This document shows positions 17,709 to 28,284 of a stretch of 64,000 nt of DNA, one piece after another (position 1 is the first letter of the stretch; each line of letters opens with the position of its first letter). Under the pieces are notes generated by a model. It did no database searches. It saw nothing but the letters and a program-made list of their open reading frames with translations, and had not been told where the DNA came from. The stretch spans positions 48,294-112,293 of the forward strand of contig JBGVGJ010000058.1 in the NCBI GenBank assembly GCA_045121635.1. The letters run 5' to 3'. The stretch is from Alloprevotella sp. (GTDB taxonomy: Bacteria > Bacteroidota > Bacteroidia > Bacteroidales > Bacteroidaceae). The position numbers were made by a program, and so were the translations under genes.

Positions 17709-20700
17709 ATGAAATTTCAAGAACGTCAAGGGCTCAACCTCTTTGAGGTGAACCGCGAGGTGCTTGCCGATTGGGACAAGCAAGACCTCTTCCATAAGTC
17801 AATGTCTGAACGCGAGGGGCAGAAGGAATATGTATTCTTCGAAGGTCCTCCCTCGGCAAACGGTCACCCCGGTATCCACCACGTGATGGCGCGTACCATC
17901 AAGGACGTATTCTGCCGCTACAAGACGATGCAGGGCTTCCTTGTGAAGCGTAAGGCGGGTTGGGACACTCACGGGCTCCCCGTAGAACTCGGTGTGGAAA
18001 AGGAACTCGGCATCACCAAGGAAGACATCGGCAAGACAATCAGCATTGAGGAATACAACGCGCAGTGTCGTCGCAATGTGATGATGTTCACACAGGAATG
18101 GGCAGACCTCAGCCACTTGATGGGCTACTGGGTGGATATGGAACACCCCTACATCACTTACGAAAACTCGTACATCGAAACGCTTTGGTGGCTCTTGAAG
18201 CAACTTTACAACAAGGACCTCCTCTATAAGGGTTACACCATTCAGCCCTACTCTCCCGGTGCGGGTACTGGTCTTTCAAGCCACGAATTGAACCAACCCG
18301 GTTGCTACCGCGATGTGAAGGACACTACGGTGACCGCACAATTTGAAATCACCGACGCTCCCGAGGCTTGGAGCGCATGGGGAACGCCCGTGTTCCTTGC
18401 GTGGACAACAACGCCCTGGACGCTTCCCTCTAACACCGCGCTCTGCGTAGGTCCCGCGATTGACTATGTCGTGGTGAAGACTTACAACCCCTACACCGCT
18501 GCTCCCGTAACGGCCGTGATTGCAAAGAGCCGCCTCAACGCTTACTTGAAGGCTGAAGGCGCAGAAATCGCACTTGCCGACTACAAGGCGGGCGACAAGG
18601 TAATCCCCTACGAAGTGATTGCCGAAGTGAAGGGTACAGACCTCGTAGGCATGCACTACAAGCAACTCATGCCCTGGGTGAAGCCCCTTGAAAAGGCAGG
18701 TCACCTCGCGGCAGACTTCGTAAACGCATACGCACAGGAACACCCCGAAAAGGTATTTGCCGTAGGCGCTGACCAGTTTGTAGAACTCTCTGAATTGGCA
18801 TTCCGCGTGATTGCCGGCGACTATGTAACTACGGACGACGGTACGGGTATCGTACACATCGCTCCTACCTTCGGTGCCGACGACGCCAAGGTGGCACGCG
18901 ACGCACAGATCCCCTCGCTCTTCATGATCAACACAAAGGGTGAAACACGCCCCATGGTGGACCTCACAGGTAAGTATTATGTAGAAGCAGAACTCGCTCC
19001 CGAGTTTAAGGCGGCTTGCCTCGACGCTTCTTATGCACACCACGCTGGCGACTATGTGAAGAACGCTTACGCTCCCGAATTTAATGTAGGTGGCAAGTAT
19101 GACGCGGCGGCGGCTGAAAAGGCCGAAGACCTCAACATCGTCATCTGCATGGAAATGAAGCAAGAGGGTTCTGCCTTCAAGATTGAAAAGCATGTCCACA
19201 ACTACCCCCACTGCTGGCGTACGGACAAGCCCGTGCTTTACTATCCCCTCGACTCATGGTTCATCCGTTCAAGCGCCGCTAAGGAGCGTATGATGGAACT
19301 CAATAAGACCATCCTCTGGAAGCCCGAATCAACGGGTACAGGTCGCTTCGGTAAGTGGCTTGAAAACCTCAACGACTGGAACCTCAGCCGCTCACGCTAC
19401 TGGGGTACGCCCCTCCCCATCTGGCGCAATGCTGAAAGCCGCGAAGAAATTTGCATCGGTTCGGTAGAAGAACTCTACAACGAAATCGAAAAGGCGGTAG
19501 TAGCAGGCGTGATGACCGAAAACCCCTTGAAGGCAAAAGGTTTCGTGCCTGGCAACTACGACAAGGCCAACTACGACCTCATCGACCTTCACCGCCCCTA
19601 TGTGGACAACATCAAGCTTGTCAGCGAATCAGGCAAGGTGCTCACACGCGAACTCGACCTCATCGACGTATGGTTTGACTCAGGTGCAATGCCTTACGCA
19701 CAGATTCACTACCCCTTCGAAAACAAGGAAGCGCTCGACAATCGCACTTGTTATCCCGCCGACTTCATTGCGGAAGGTGTTGACCAAACACGCGGTTGGT
19801 TCTATACGCTCCACGCTATCGCAACAATGGTGTTCGACAATGTAGCCTTCAAGGCAGTTATCTCTAACGGTCTTGTGCTTGACAAGTTCGGTCAGAAGAT
19901 GTCAAAGCGCCTCGGCAACGGTATCGACCCCTTCGAATGTATCAAGGAATTTGGTTCTGACCCCGTGCGTTGGTACATGATTACCAACTCTGCACCCTGG
20001 GACAACCTCAAGTTCGACAAGGACGGTGTGAAGGAAGTGGCACGCAGCTTCTTTGCAAAGCTCTTCCAGAGTTACAGTTTCTTTGCAATGTATGCCAATG
20101 TCGATGGTTTCGACAATAGCGCCGCACAAGTGCCCTATGCGAAGCGTCCCGAAATCGACCGTTGGATTCTCTCCGAACTCCAAACGCTCATCAAGGGTGT
20201 TACAGCCGCTTATGAGGAATACGAACCCACGCGTGCGGGTCGCTTGATTGAGACCTTCGTGGCGGACAACCTCTCTAACTGGTATGTGCGCTTGAACCGT
20301 AAACGCTTCTGGGCAGGCGAAATGACAGAGGATAAGATTTCTGCTTATCAGACACTCTACGAATGCCTCCTCACCGTGAGTCACCTCATGGCGCCCATCG
20401 CTCCCTACTATGCCGACCGCCTCTATCGCGACTTGACCGCCGTAGTGAGTGAAAAGGCTGAAAGCGTGCACCTCGCACTCTTCCCCAAGGCAGAAGAAGC
20501 GCTTATCGATAAGAACCTCGAACAGCAGATGCAACTCGCACAGAAGGTCACTTCAATGGTGCTCTCATTGCGTAAGAAGGAACGCATCATCGTGCGTCAG
20601 CCCCTCCAGCGCATCTCTATCCCCGTCAACGACGCCAACATGAAGGCCAACCTCGAAGCGGTGAAGCAACTCATTCTCGACGAAGTGAATGTGAAGCAAC

Positions 20701-21239
20701 TCGAATTCGTGGAAGGCGACATGCTCGAAAAGAAGGTGAAGTGTAACTTCCGCGTCATGGGTAAGAAGTTCGGCAAGATGATGAAGGCCGTAGCAGCTGC
20801 TTGTGAAGCCCTCACAAAGGAACAGATTGCACAACTCGAGCAAGGTCAACTCTCACTCGAAGTGGAAGCAACGCCCATCGTCATTGAGCGCGAAGATGTA
20901 GAAATCATTTCTGAAGACATGCCCGGTTGGACCGTTACCAACGAAGGTGCGCTCACCGTGGCGCTCGACCTCACAATCACCGACGACCTCCGCAAGGAAG
21001 GATTTGCGCGTGAAGTGGTGAAGCGCATTCAGAACTACCGTAAGGAAAGCGGATTCGAAATCACCGACCGCATCTGCATCACCGTTCAACCCAACGAGCA
21101 ACTTACTCCCGCTATTGAAGCTTACCGCGAATACATCTGCGCACAGGTGCTTGCTGACGCACTTGAAATTGCCGACAATAGCGGCGTAGAGTTCGACTTC
21201 GAAGACTTCAAGGTAAATGTAACGATTACAAAGAAATAA
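17709..21239 (+). CDS. ileS: isoleucine--tRNA ligase (long, type 2 form)
   Basis: HIGH-like PPSANGHPGIHH, KMSKRLGNG, the CP1 editing region and a roughly 1175-aa length. The start is likely MKFQERQG at 17709 rather than the upstream in-frame ATG. A candidate promoter TAtaTTTG lies near 17586. Confidence 0.9.
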   Translation: MKFQERQGLNLFEVNREVLADWDKQDLFHKSMSEREGQKEYVFFEGPPSANGHPGIHHVMARTIKDVFCRYKTMQGFLVKRKAGWDTHGLPVELGVEKELGITKEDIGKTISIEEYNAQCRRNVMMFTQEWADLSHLMGYWVDMEHPYITYENSYIETLWWLLKQLYNKDLLYKGYTIQPYSPGAGTGLSSHELNQPGCYRDVKDTTVTAQFEITDAPEAWSAWGTPVFLAWTTTPWTLPSNTALCVGPAIDYVVVKTYNPYTAAPVTAVIAKSRLNAYLKAEGAEIALADYKAGDKVIPYEVIAEVKGTDLVGMHYKQLMPWVKPLEKAGHLAADFVNAYAQEHPEKVFAVGADQFVELSELAFRVIAGDYVTTDDGTGIVHIAPTFGADDAKVARDAQIPSLFMINTKGETRPMVDLTGKYYVEAELAPEFKAACLDASYAHHAGDYVKNAYAPEFNVGGKYDAAAAEKAEDLNIVICMEMKQEGSAFKIEKHVHNYPHCWRTDKPVLYYPLDSWFIRSSAAKERMMELNKTILWKPESTGTGRFGKWLENLNDWNLSRSRYWGTPLPIWRNAESREEICIGSVEELYNEIEKAVVAGVMTENPLKAKGFVPGNYDKANYDLIDLHRPYVDNIKLVSESGKVLTRELDLIDVWFDSGAMPYAQIHYPFENKEALDNRTCYPADFIAEGVDQTRGWFYTLHAIATMVFDNVAFKAVISNGLVLDKFGQKMSKRLGNGIDPFECIKEFGSDPVRWYMITNSAPWDNLKFDKDGVKEVARSFFAKLFQSYSFFAMYANVDGFDNSAAQVPYAKRPEIDRWILSELQTLIKGVTAAYEEYEPTRAGRLIETFVADNLSNWYVRLNRKRFWAGEMTEDKISAYQTLYECLLTVSHLMAPIAPYYADRLYRDLTAVVSEKAESVHLALFPKAEEALIDKNLEQQMQLAQKVTSMVLSLRKKERIIVRQPLQRISIPVNDANMKANLEAVKQLILDEVNVKQLEFVEGDMLEKKVKCNFRVMGKKFGKMMKAVAAACEALTKEQIAQLEQGQLSLEVEATPIVIEREDVEIISEDMPGWTVTNEGALTVALDLTITDDLRKEGFAREVVKRIQNYRKESGFEITDRICITVQPNEQLTPAIEAYREYICAQVLADALEIADNSGVEFDFEDFKVNVTITKK

Positions 21240-21331
21240 TTCACACTAACTCAGTTGGAACGAGTGCAAGGGTGCACTGCTTTAGTGCTCCCTTCCTCGC
21301 CCACCAACCCCTTAATCCAATAGCTATCACC

Positions 21332-21715
21332 ATGGATAACAATCGCCCCAGATACTCTGACGAAGAACTCCAAGAGTTTCGCGAAATTATTGAAAAGAAA
21401 ATTGCCCTTGCCCAGCGTGATTACGAAGACATCATGGACAGCATCAAGCATCCCCATGGCAATGACATCGTAGACACAATGCCCACTTACAAGGCGCTTG
21501 AAGAAGGTAGTCAGACACAATCAACTGAAGAACTCCAGCAGATGGCGGCACGCCAATTGAAGTTCATTCAGGGCCTTCAACAAGCACTCGTGCGCATTGA
21601 AAACAAGACGTACGGCGTGTGTCGCGTAACGGGTCAACTCATCCCCAAGGAACGCCTTCGTGCCGTGCCTCACGCTACGCTCTCTATCGAGGCAAAGCAA
21701 CAACAGGGCAAGTAA
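21332..21715 (+). CDS. DksA/TraR-family protein (degenerate zinc finger)
   Basis: The C-terminal NKTYGVCRVTGQLIPKERLRAVPHATLSIEAK resembles the DksA/TraR C4 region but with a single Cys. The position between ileS and lspA is conserved in Bacteroidales. The start is likely MDNNRPRY. Confidence 0.65.
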   Translation: MDNNRPRYSDEELQEFREIIEKKIALAQRDYEDIMDSIKHPHGNDIVDTMPTYKALEEGSQTQSTEELQQMAARQLKFIQGLQQALVRIENKTYGVCRVTGQLIPKERLRAVPHATLSIEAKQQQGK

Positions 21716-21822
21716 TCCCCAACATGCAGGAACAACAATGGTCAACGGTTGACGATTAACAAGCTATCATTCAGCAAGTTGTCGTTATCCGTTGACCGTT
21801 CATCCTTAATCCCCAATCCCCT

Positions 21823-22446
21823 ATGCGCGCCATTATTCCGGCTATTGTAATTCCCCTTATTATCCTCATTGACCAAGCCACAAAGATTGCCATCAAGACA
21901 TCAATGTGCTTGTACGAAAAGATAGAGATTACCCCATGGTTCCAACTCCTGTTTACCGAAAACAAAGGCATGGCCTTCGGTATGAGTTTTGTTGGCACCA
22001 TGTTTTTGGCATTATTCAGAATCGTTGCCACAGGACTCTTTATCTACTTGCTTTACAAGATAATAAAGGATGAGAAATATCCCAAGGGCCTCATAGTCAT
22101 CGTCTCAATGCTCATTGCCGGGGCGTTGGGTAACTTGGTGGATAATTTCTTCTACGGACTCATCTTCTCCGAAAGCGCTCCCATATACTTCGCACAAGGT
22201 CCCGCTCACTTTGTACCCTTCGGCGAAGGTTACGGCGAATTCCTCTCGGGCAAGGTGGTGGATATGTTCTACTTCCCCCTCTTTGAGTGGCCCGATTGGG
22301 TGCCCCTTATCGGTGGCAATGTCTTCTTCGGTGCCGTCTTCAATGTGGCCGACGCCGCCATCTCCATTGCCTTTGTGTTGGCACTTTGCTTCTATAGTAA
22401 GTACTTGAATTTTAGTTTTAAGAAGTCAAAGGAAAATAATGAGTGA
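21823..22446 (+). CDS. lspA: lipoprotein signal peptidase (signal peptidase II)
   Basis: Four TM helices. LIDQATK, AGALGNLVDN and FNVADAAISIA match the LspA conserved boxes. Confidence 0.85.
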   Translation: MRAIIPAIVIPLIILIDQATKIAIKTSMCLYEKIEITPWFQLLFTENKGMAFGMSFVGTMFLALFRIVATGLFIYLLYKIIKDEKYPKGLIVIVSMLIAGALGNLVDNFFYGLIFSESAPIYFAQGPAHFVPFGEGYGEFLSGKVVDMFYFPLFEWPDWVPLIGGNVFFGAVFNVADAAISIAFVLALCFYSKYLNFSFKKSKENNE

Positions 22447-22493
22447 AAGTGAGAACCTCACTCCTAACTTCTAACTCTTAACTCCTCACTTTT

Positions 22494-23396
22494 ATGCGTA
22501 CGCTCCTCTCCCTCCTCACGCTCTTCTCCCTCCTCACCTTTACGGCATGCTCCAACAAGGGCGATGCCAATGCCGTATTAAGTGCTGACGATATGGAAGA
22601 TGTGCTCTTCGACTACCATTTGGCGCAATCTTTGGTCAATCAGAGCGGAGATAGTGCCGACTTCCGCATTCGTGTGTATGCCGAAGCGGTGTTTAAGAAG
22701 CACGAAATTACGGAGGAGCAATTCAACAATTCACTCCGTTATTACCACCGCCACACCACCGAACTTCATGACATCTACAAGAACATTGAGGAGCGCATGA
22801 ACTTCTTGGTAGGCGATATTACGGAAACAAAGTACACCGCCGAGGGGGATACGGCAGACATTTGGCAGGGTCCTAAACTCTATATGCTGACCGCGGCGCT
22901 TGGTAATTACATCACCTTCTCACAACCCACCGACACACTACTCGCCGAGGGCGACAAGTTGGAATTCAACTTCTCCACAAGATGGCTTTACAAAGAGGGG
23001 CAACGCCAGGGTACGGCCGTGTTAGCCGTTCAGTATGAAGGAGATAGCGTAGTTACTTCTACGCAACAATTCTCGGCAACTGGACCTCAACAAGTTATCT
23101 TGCGCATCGGGAAGAAGAAGATTGAGGGCATCCGTGGCATGATTTATCAGCACACACCTTGGACGGCCGAACCCAAACTCCTCGTCGTTTCCGACATCTC
23201 CCTCATCCGCTATCATAGCACAACGCCCAAACTTTCAGAAAAGCCCATCTCGCTGAATCCCGATTCGACAAAACTTCAGCGTCGCCAGCATGTCACGGAT
23301 AGCGTGCGCAATAGCGACAAGAGAGCGCGTAAGCCCTTCCGTGAGGTAGAACCTCAACCCGTACAACAAAAGCAGTTTCACCTCGGAAATCATTAA
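22494..23396 (+). CDS. DUF4296-like lipoprotein
   Basis: Lipobox LLTFTACSNKG. ADDMEDVLFDYHLAQSL is typical of DUF4296 proteins, which follow lspA in Bacteroidales. Confidence 0.65.
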   Translation: MRTLLSLLTLFSLLTFTACSNKGDANAVLSADDMEDVLFDYHLAQSLVNQSGDSADFRIRVYAEAVFKKHEITEEQFNNSLRYYHRHTTELHDIYKNIEERMNFLVGDITETKYTAEGDTADIWQGPKLYMLTAALGNYITFSQPTDTLLAEGDKLEFNFSTRWLYKEGQRQGTAVLAVQYEGDSVVTSTQQFSATGPQQVILRIGKKKIEGIRGMIYQHTPWTAEPKLLVVSDISLIRYHSTTPKLSEKPISLNPDSTKLQRRQHVTDSVRNSDKRARKPFREVEPQPVQQKQFHLGNH

Positions 23397-23398
23397 CA

Positions 23399-23560
23399 AT
23401 GAAACGCATTGCATATGCCCAAGTGGAATTGCCTGATGGCACACTACTCAAGCGCCAAGTCGTAGAATTCTCCGAAGGAAAGTACCTCCGCCACTACCCT
23501 CTCACCGAGGAACTCCCCTTTACGGAGTGGCGAAATGAAAGATATGAAGTAAGGTTGTGA
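23399..23560 (+). CDS. small hypothetical protein (53 aa), below the ORF-track cutoff
   Basis: ATG 3 nt after the DUF4296 stop. MKRIAYAQVELPDGTLLKRQVVEFSEGKYLRHYPLTEELPFTEWRNERYEVRL has a balanced composition. Its stop lies inside a family-1 repeat. Confidence 0.3.
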   Translation: MKRIAYAQVELPDGTLLKRQVVEFSEGKYLRHYPLTEELPFTEWRNERYEVRL

Positions 23561-23644
23561 GGTTATAAGGTCGCTCATAGGTTTTAAGAACCATGCGACA
23601 AGAGGGAGAGTCCCTATAACCTGAAAACCTCATAACCTAAAACC
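23555..23644. repeat. family-1 palindromic intergenic repeat (AACCTCATAACC type), copy B
   Basis: gtgaggttataaggtcgc...ccctataacctgaaaacctcataacctaaaacc, directly 5' of the 23653 gene. Confidence 0.6.
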
Positions 23645-23652
23645 TTTTCCCC

Positions 23653-24150
23653 ATGGTTACAATCAAAGACGAACAACTCCGCATAGCAGCACAAGAGGGC
23701 ATGGACGCCTTCGTAAAATGCATTGCCGACGCTATTAAAGATAGTGTGGGTGGTGAACTCAATGCAGAAGCCTTTCAACAACTCAATGGTGACCAAATCA
23801 CCCTTTGGGGCTACACCATCCTTCATGAAGAACTCATGGACGGCGGTTTCATCCAACTCATTCACAACGGCTACGGTCCCTTCTTCTTCGACAATCCTTT
23901 CGCCAAAGCCATGCGCCTCTGGGGGCTTAAGGATTTCTCAAAACTCATCTACAAGGCAAAGGAACTCTACGATGAGCACAAGGAAGAACTCACGCGCGAA
24001 TGCACCGACGATGAATTTATGGCGCTCTTCGAACAATACCCAGCCTTCGACAACCTCGACGATGCCTTTATTGAAGACGAAGAGAACATCACGGCACGCA
24101 TTGCTTGCTATGTGGATGACCACCTCAACGATTTCGTTGAAATTCAATAA
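23653..24150 (+). CDS. hypothetical protein
   Basis: 165-aa acidic protein with no signal peptide. Clean ORF flanked by family-1 repeats. Confidence 0.55.
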   Translation: MVTIKDEQLRIAAQEGMDAFVKCIADAIKDSVGGELNAEAFQQLNGDQITLWGYTILHEELMDGGFIQLIHNGYGPFFFDNPFAKAMRLWGLKDFSKLIYKAKELYDEHKEELTRECTDDEFMALFEQYPAFDNLDDAFIEDEENITARIACYVDDHLNDFVEIQ

Positions 24151-24164
24151 GGTCTTATGGAGGT

Positions 24165-24250
24165 GTGAGGTTATAAGGTTTTAAGAACCTTGCGGACGCC
24201 TCTTATAACCTTTAACCTTAAAGCGAAGCGACCTAAAACCTAATAACACT
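24165..24250. repeat. family-1 repeat, copy C
   Basis: gtgaggttataaggttttaagaaccttgcgg...ccttaaagcgaagcgacctaaaacctaataac, ending at the smpB ATG. Confidence 0.6.
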
Positions 24251-24718
24251 ATGGCAAAGAAACTCAAGCCTAAAAACAATATAAATATCAAGAATCGCCG
24301 TGCGGAATATGACTACCACATCATTGACCGCTACACGGCGGGCATTGTGCTTACGGGTACGGAAATCAAAAGCATCCGTATCGGTAAGGCGGGACTTGTT
24401 GATACCTTCTGCTACATCCATAACGCCGAAGTGTGGGTGAAGAACATGTACATTGCCGAATACGAATTCGGAAGTTACAACAACCACCTCACCCGTCGCG
24501 ACCGCAAACTCCTCCTCAATAAGAAAGAGATTTACAACCTCATGAACGAGACAAAGGCCCCTGGTTTCACCCTCGTCCCCCTGCGCCTCTACATTGACGA
24601 GAACGGACGTGCCAAACTCGTCATCGGTCTTTGCCGTGGTAAGAAGGAATACGACAAACGTGTTTCCATCAAGGAAAAAGAAGACCGCCGAGAAATGGAC
24701 CGTGCGATGAAACGATAA
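24251..24718 (+). CDS. smpB: SsrA-binding protein
   Basis: [41 protein letters not shown] matches SmpB throughout. 155 aa. Confidence 0.9.
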   Translation: MAKKLKPKNNINIKNRRAEYDYHIIDRYTAGIVLTGTEIKSIRIGKAGLVDTFCYIHNAEVWVKNMYIAEYEFGSYNNHLTRRDRKLLLNKKEIYNLMNETKAPGFTLVPLRLYIDENGRAKLVIGLCRGKKEYDKRVSIKEKEDRREMDRAMKR

Positions 24719-24830
24719 ATATACAATGCTTAACCTTTCCGAATGGTGTACTTTCTTACGATTCATAGTGAGAGCGCCATTCGGATTTTTCTTCTTCTAC
24801 AAGCAGCAATTAAAAATTGATTTCCACCCT

Positions 24831-25772
24831 ATGCTACGCCTTCTATTCCCCCTCCTTTTTGCCTTCTTCATCTTCCTCCCCAATCATTCACAAAACATCA
24901 CTCCTATAGCATGGATGAAGCAACTCCCCGACTCCATCCCGCTCTGTCACCTATCCATCCCCGCCACTCACGATAGCGGGGCGATTGAGGGAGGAGAAGC
25001 CTTCCAAACACAAGACCTTACTCTGAAGGAACAACTTGAATTGGGTGTCCGAGGATTTGACATCCGCCTGAAGGCATGCGACAACAACCTCCTCGGCGTG
25101 TACCATAGCATCGTGTTTCAGGATATGTATTGGGAAACCGAGGTGCTCCCTACCTTCATCAACTTTCTTAAAGAACACCCCTCCGAAACACTCATCGTAT
25201 TCGTAAAAAAGGAAGGTGGAAGCAACACCGCATTTACTGACCTGCTCACGCAAAGTATTGCCTCGCCCCAGAACGCTCCGTATTTCGTAAGCACATTCAC
25301 CAAAAACATCACACTCGGCACTTGTCGCGGAAAAATCATTTTGATCCATCGCGACAACCTACTCACCGACTTCCCTGGTGCGCAATGCCACGGTTGGCAA
25401 AACAACACCTCAAGCAGAGTCACCTTAAAGGACAGACACGGCAATGAAGTGGAAGCATCCGTTGAAGACCATTACCAATTCCCCACGGCGGAAAGTGCTA
25501 AAGAGAAATCCGCCCTTGCATGGTCACACATGAAGCAATCCATGAATGCAGATAAGCATTCTCACAAATGGCACTTCACCTTTGCTAGCGCCACCGCCCT
25601 CCCCGAGGATGGTCCTCAAGCATTTGCCACAATCGTAAATGCACAACTCGCCCCACTTACGCAAACCCGCCCTGCTACCTACGGAACGGTCTTCATGGAC
25701 TTTGTAGGTACTACCGACGGTCGCTCACTTGTACAAAACCTTATCCAAGCTAATTTTGAGATTCTAAAATAG
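24831..25772 (+). CDS. PI-PLC X-domain-like phosphodiesterase, secreted
   Basis: Signal peptide (MLRLLFPLLFAFFIFL), then LSIPATHDSGA and GVRGFDIRL, typical of the bacterial PI-PLC / PLC-like TIM-barrel family. Confidence 0.65.
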   Translation: MLRLLFPLLFAFFIFLPNHSQNITPIAWMKQLPDSIPLCHLSIPATHDSGAIEGGEAFQTQDLTLKEQLELGVRGFDIRLKACDNNLLGVYHSIVFQDMYWETEVLPTFINFLKEHPSETLIVFVKKEGGSNTAFTDLLTQSIASPQNAPYFVSTFTKNITLGTCRGKIILIHRDNLLTDFPGAQCHGWQNNTSSRVTLKDRHGNEVEASVEDHYQFPTAESAKEKSALAWSHMKQSMNADKHSHKWHFTFASATALPEDGPQAFATIVNAQLAPLTQTRPATYGTVFMDFVGTTDGRSLVQNLIQANFEILK

Positions 25773-25846
25773 GACAAAATAAGAATAGGAGATACCCCAC
25801 GGAAAAGGTACCTCCTATTTTTCATTTATCTGCTCTTCGTATTGTC

Positions 25847-28078
25847 CTAAAAATAGAAACCGGCATTGACGAAGAAGTTCATCTTCCTGGTGTAAGGCGA
25901 ATATCCCAACAGGGCTTGCAAGGGACCGAGTTTCGTATCCAAGGCATACCCCACGGAACCTCCGTAGATGGGGGCATGGCGGAAAATGGTGTTCACTTCG
26001 TGCCCCGCAACGGCAATGCTCGCGGAAAGGGTAGCATAGTGGTTCTTCGCAATGCGTTGGCGGAACTTCAGATTGCCCACAAGCGCCGCGCGGTCTACCG
26101 TCTCTATATGCGTTATCCCATCAAAGGGCAACTGGTGGGGCAATAAGTAACCCGGGCGCTCACCTCCCAAGGCATTGTAATAGAGCGGTGAGGTGTTTTT
26201 ACCGATTACGGTTCTGCCGTGTACGGAGGGTTGCAACACACTACGACGCCCCAAGCGCACGACACGCTCCCACGTGGCCTCAACAACGCTAAAGGGAGAA
26301 TTGCCATCATAGCCGTAAAAATTATCCGTCACTAAGTTATACCCTGCGCTAAACATACTTCCTCGCTTGGGGAAATAACTGCTATCATAAGAGTTATAGC
26401 GGAGGCGGAAGAAGTAGTTTACAAACCAACTATCTTCAAAGATAGGTAAGTTCGTGGCCGTAGGAACCGTGAGCAGATCTATCTGGGTGTAGGCATCGGC
26501 ACTTATCCCAAGGTCATAACGGAAATTGCGCCACCACACATTGGAATAGTTTACCTCCACCGTGTGTCGGTCGTAAGTAGCGTTCAGCAAGCGGTCGCCC
26601 TTCTGAAAAATGTCGCAATCGCCGTGGTAATACTGATAGGAGCAATTGACGTGCTTCATCAACCCTGGCGTCAAGCGGTAGTCAATGCGCCCCAAGTGGC
26701 GCTTCCCCACCCTGCCCGTAAGCGAGAGGCGAGAGGGGACGGGAGTGTTAAAGCGCAAACTGGCATTGAGCATCACCGAGGCTATTTCCTCCGTATCAAA
26801 GCGCGCACCGACATTGAGGTTCACCTCCTTCTTTCTTTGGAAAGAAAAATGCAATCTGTGTCCATCGCCCTCATTGTAGAGTTGATACGTCACATCGGCA
26901 TACGCCAATTCGTCACGCATGATTGCCACCGCCGTTTCTATCTGACTCAACGTGCCGTGTTGACCCTCCTTAAGGCGAGAACGCTTCAGCAAATGTTGTT
27001 CTTCGCTGGGCGTAGTGCCCGAGAAAGTGATTTTATTCAAAATGATTCCCTGCCCTGTGGCATACGAAGCATAGGGTTCGGGAGACGTCACGCACTCTTC
27101 GGGGGGCAGTCCTATTTTTGTGCGCAATGCTTGAAGGGCATCAAAGTGCTGACGTGCCGTATTTTCGCCAATGATGAGCAACGAATCTACCGCTTCGTGT
27201 GAGAAACTTATCGTGGTGTATGGATGGGTATCTACATGGATAAACACATCCGTAAGACCGATGTTCTCCTCTAATTTGTCTTGCGACATAAAACTCATCA
27301 CACGCATCAGCAAGTCTGACATGTTTGACAAGTCGTCATCCGTTTGCAACTTTTCTTGCACACTCACCCCAATCACAATATCTGCACCCATGGCACGTGC
27401 CACATCGGCGGGATAATTGTTGCGCATACCGCCATCGAGCAATACCATACTATCGAGCAACACGGGGGCAAACACTCCAGGGAACGCCATACTCGCCCTT
27501 ATTGCCGTAGGCAGGTCACCACTTCTGAAGATATGCTCGCGCCCCGTCTGCATCTCCGTAGCGATACAGGCAAAGGGGCGTGGTAAACTATCAAAATCCA
27601 ACGCTCCATGATACCCCACGGTGAGTTCGGAAAACAAAGTGTTGAGATTTTCTCCGTTAATCAACCCACTCACCTTAGGATGCTTGCGATGCAGAGGCAC
27701 ACTCAACAAATAGCGCTCCGCCTGCTCACGCTCCATAAGGCTTCGCTTGGGGGCTCTCACACGGTCGCTCAACAACACATCCCACTCCAACCTGCGCGCC
27801 ATACTATCCAACTGCTCGGGGGTATAACCAATCGAATACAAGCCCCCTACAATAGCGCCGATACTCGTACCCACCACCATATCTACTGGCACTCCCGCCT
27901 CTTCAATCACCTTGATGGCACCAATATGCGCCGCCCCTTTCGCTCCGCCACCGCTCAACACAAGCGCCACCTTCTTACGCTTGCCTTGCTCCGCCCTTCC
28001 CTTTTGGGGAACAAACATCATCATGCTCACACAAATAAGCAAGCATAAGGCACGTCGACCTATTTTTGAGTTCAGCAT
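25847..28078 (-). CDS. patatin-like phospholipase fused to Omp85/BamA-type beta-barrel (type Vd-autotransporter-like)
   Basis: Patatin G-rich loop LVLSGGGAKGAAHIGAIKVIEEAG, serine hydrolase GTSIGA and catalytic DGG. The C-terminal roughly 400 aa is beta-barrel-like and ends NAGFYF. The start was chosen at MLNSKIGRR, before the signal peptide. Confidence 0.75.
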   Translation of the reverse strand: MLNSKIGRRALCLLICVSMMMFVPQKGRAEQGKRKKVALVLSGGGAKGAAHIGAIKVIEEAGVPVDMVVGTSIGAIVGGLYSIGYTPEQLDSMARRLEWDVLLSDRVRAPKRSLMEREQAERYLLSVPLHRKHPKVSGLINGENLNTLFSELTVGYHGALDFDSLPRPFACIATEMQTGREHIFRSGDLPTAIRASMAFPGVFAPVLLDSMVLLDGGMRNNYPADVARAMGADIVIGVSVQEKLQTDDDLSNMSDLLMRVMSFMSQDKLEENIGLTDVFIHVDTHPYTTISFSHEAVDSLLIIGENTARQHFDALQALRTKIGLPPEECVTSPEPYASYATGQGIILNKITFSGTTPSEEQHLLKRSRLKEGQHGTLSQIETAVAIMRDELAYADVTYQLYNEGDGHRLHFSFQRKKEVNLNVGARFDTEEIASVMLNASLRFNTPVPSRLSLTGRVGKRHLGRIDYRLTPGLMKHVNCSYQYYHGDCDIFQKGDRLLNATYDRHTVEVNYSNVWWRNFRYDLGISADAYTQIDLLTVPTATNLPIFEDSWFVNYFFRLRYNSYDSSYFPKRGSMFSAGYNLVTDNFYGYDGNSPFSVVEATWERVVRLGRRSVLQPSVHGRTVIGKNTSPLYYNALGGERPGYLLPHQLPFDGITHIETVDRAALVGNLKFRQRIAKNHYATLSASIAVAGHEVNTIFRHAPIYGGSVGYALDTKLGPLQALLGYSPYTRKMNFFVNAGFYF

Positions 28079-28284
28079 AGTATTATTACTTAGATATTTA
28101 GTACGTAAAAAACATTTTACACAGTGCAAATATAAACAAAAGAATTTATGTAGATCTCGTATTTTAATCCTGGGTTTAATTTGTAGCAATTTTATACTAC
28201 ATATACAAACTATAAAAGAAAAAAGAAGTCCGATTTGATCGAACTTCTTGTATTACATTAAAAGAAGATTATAACATATAGATG

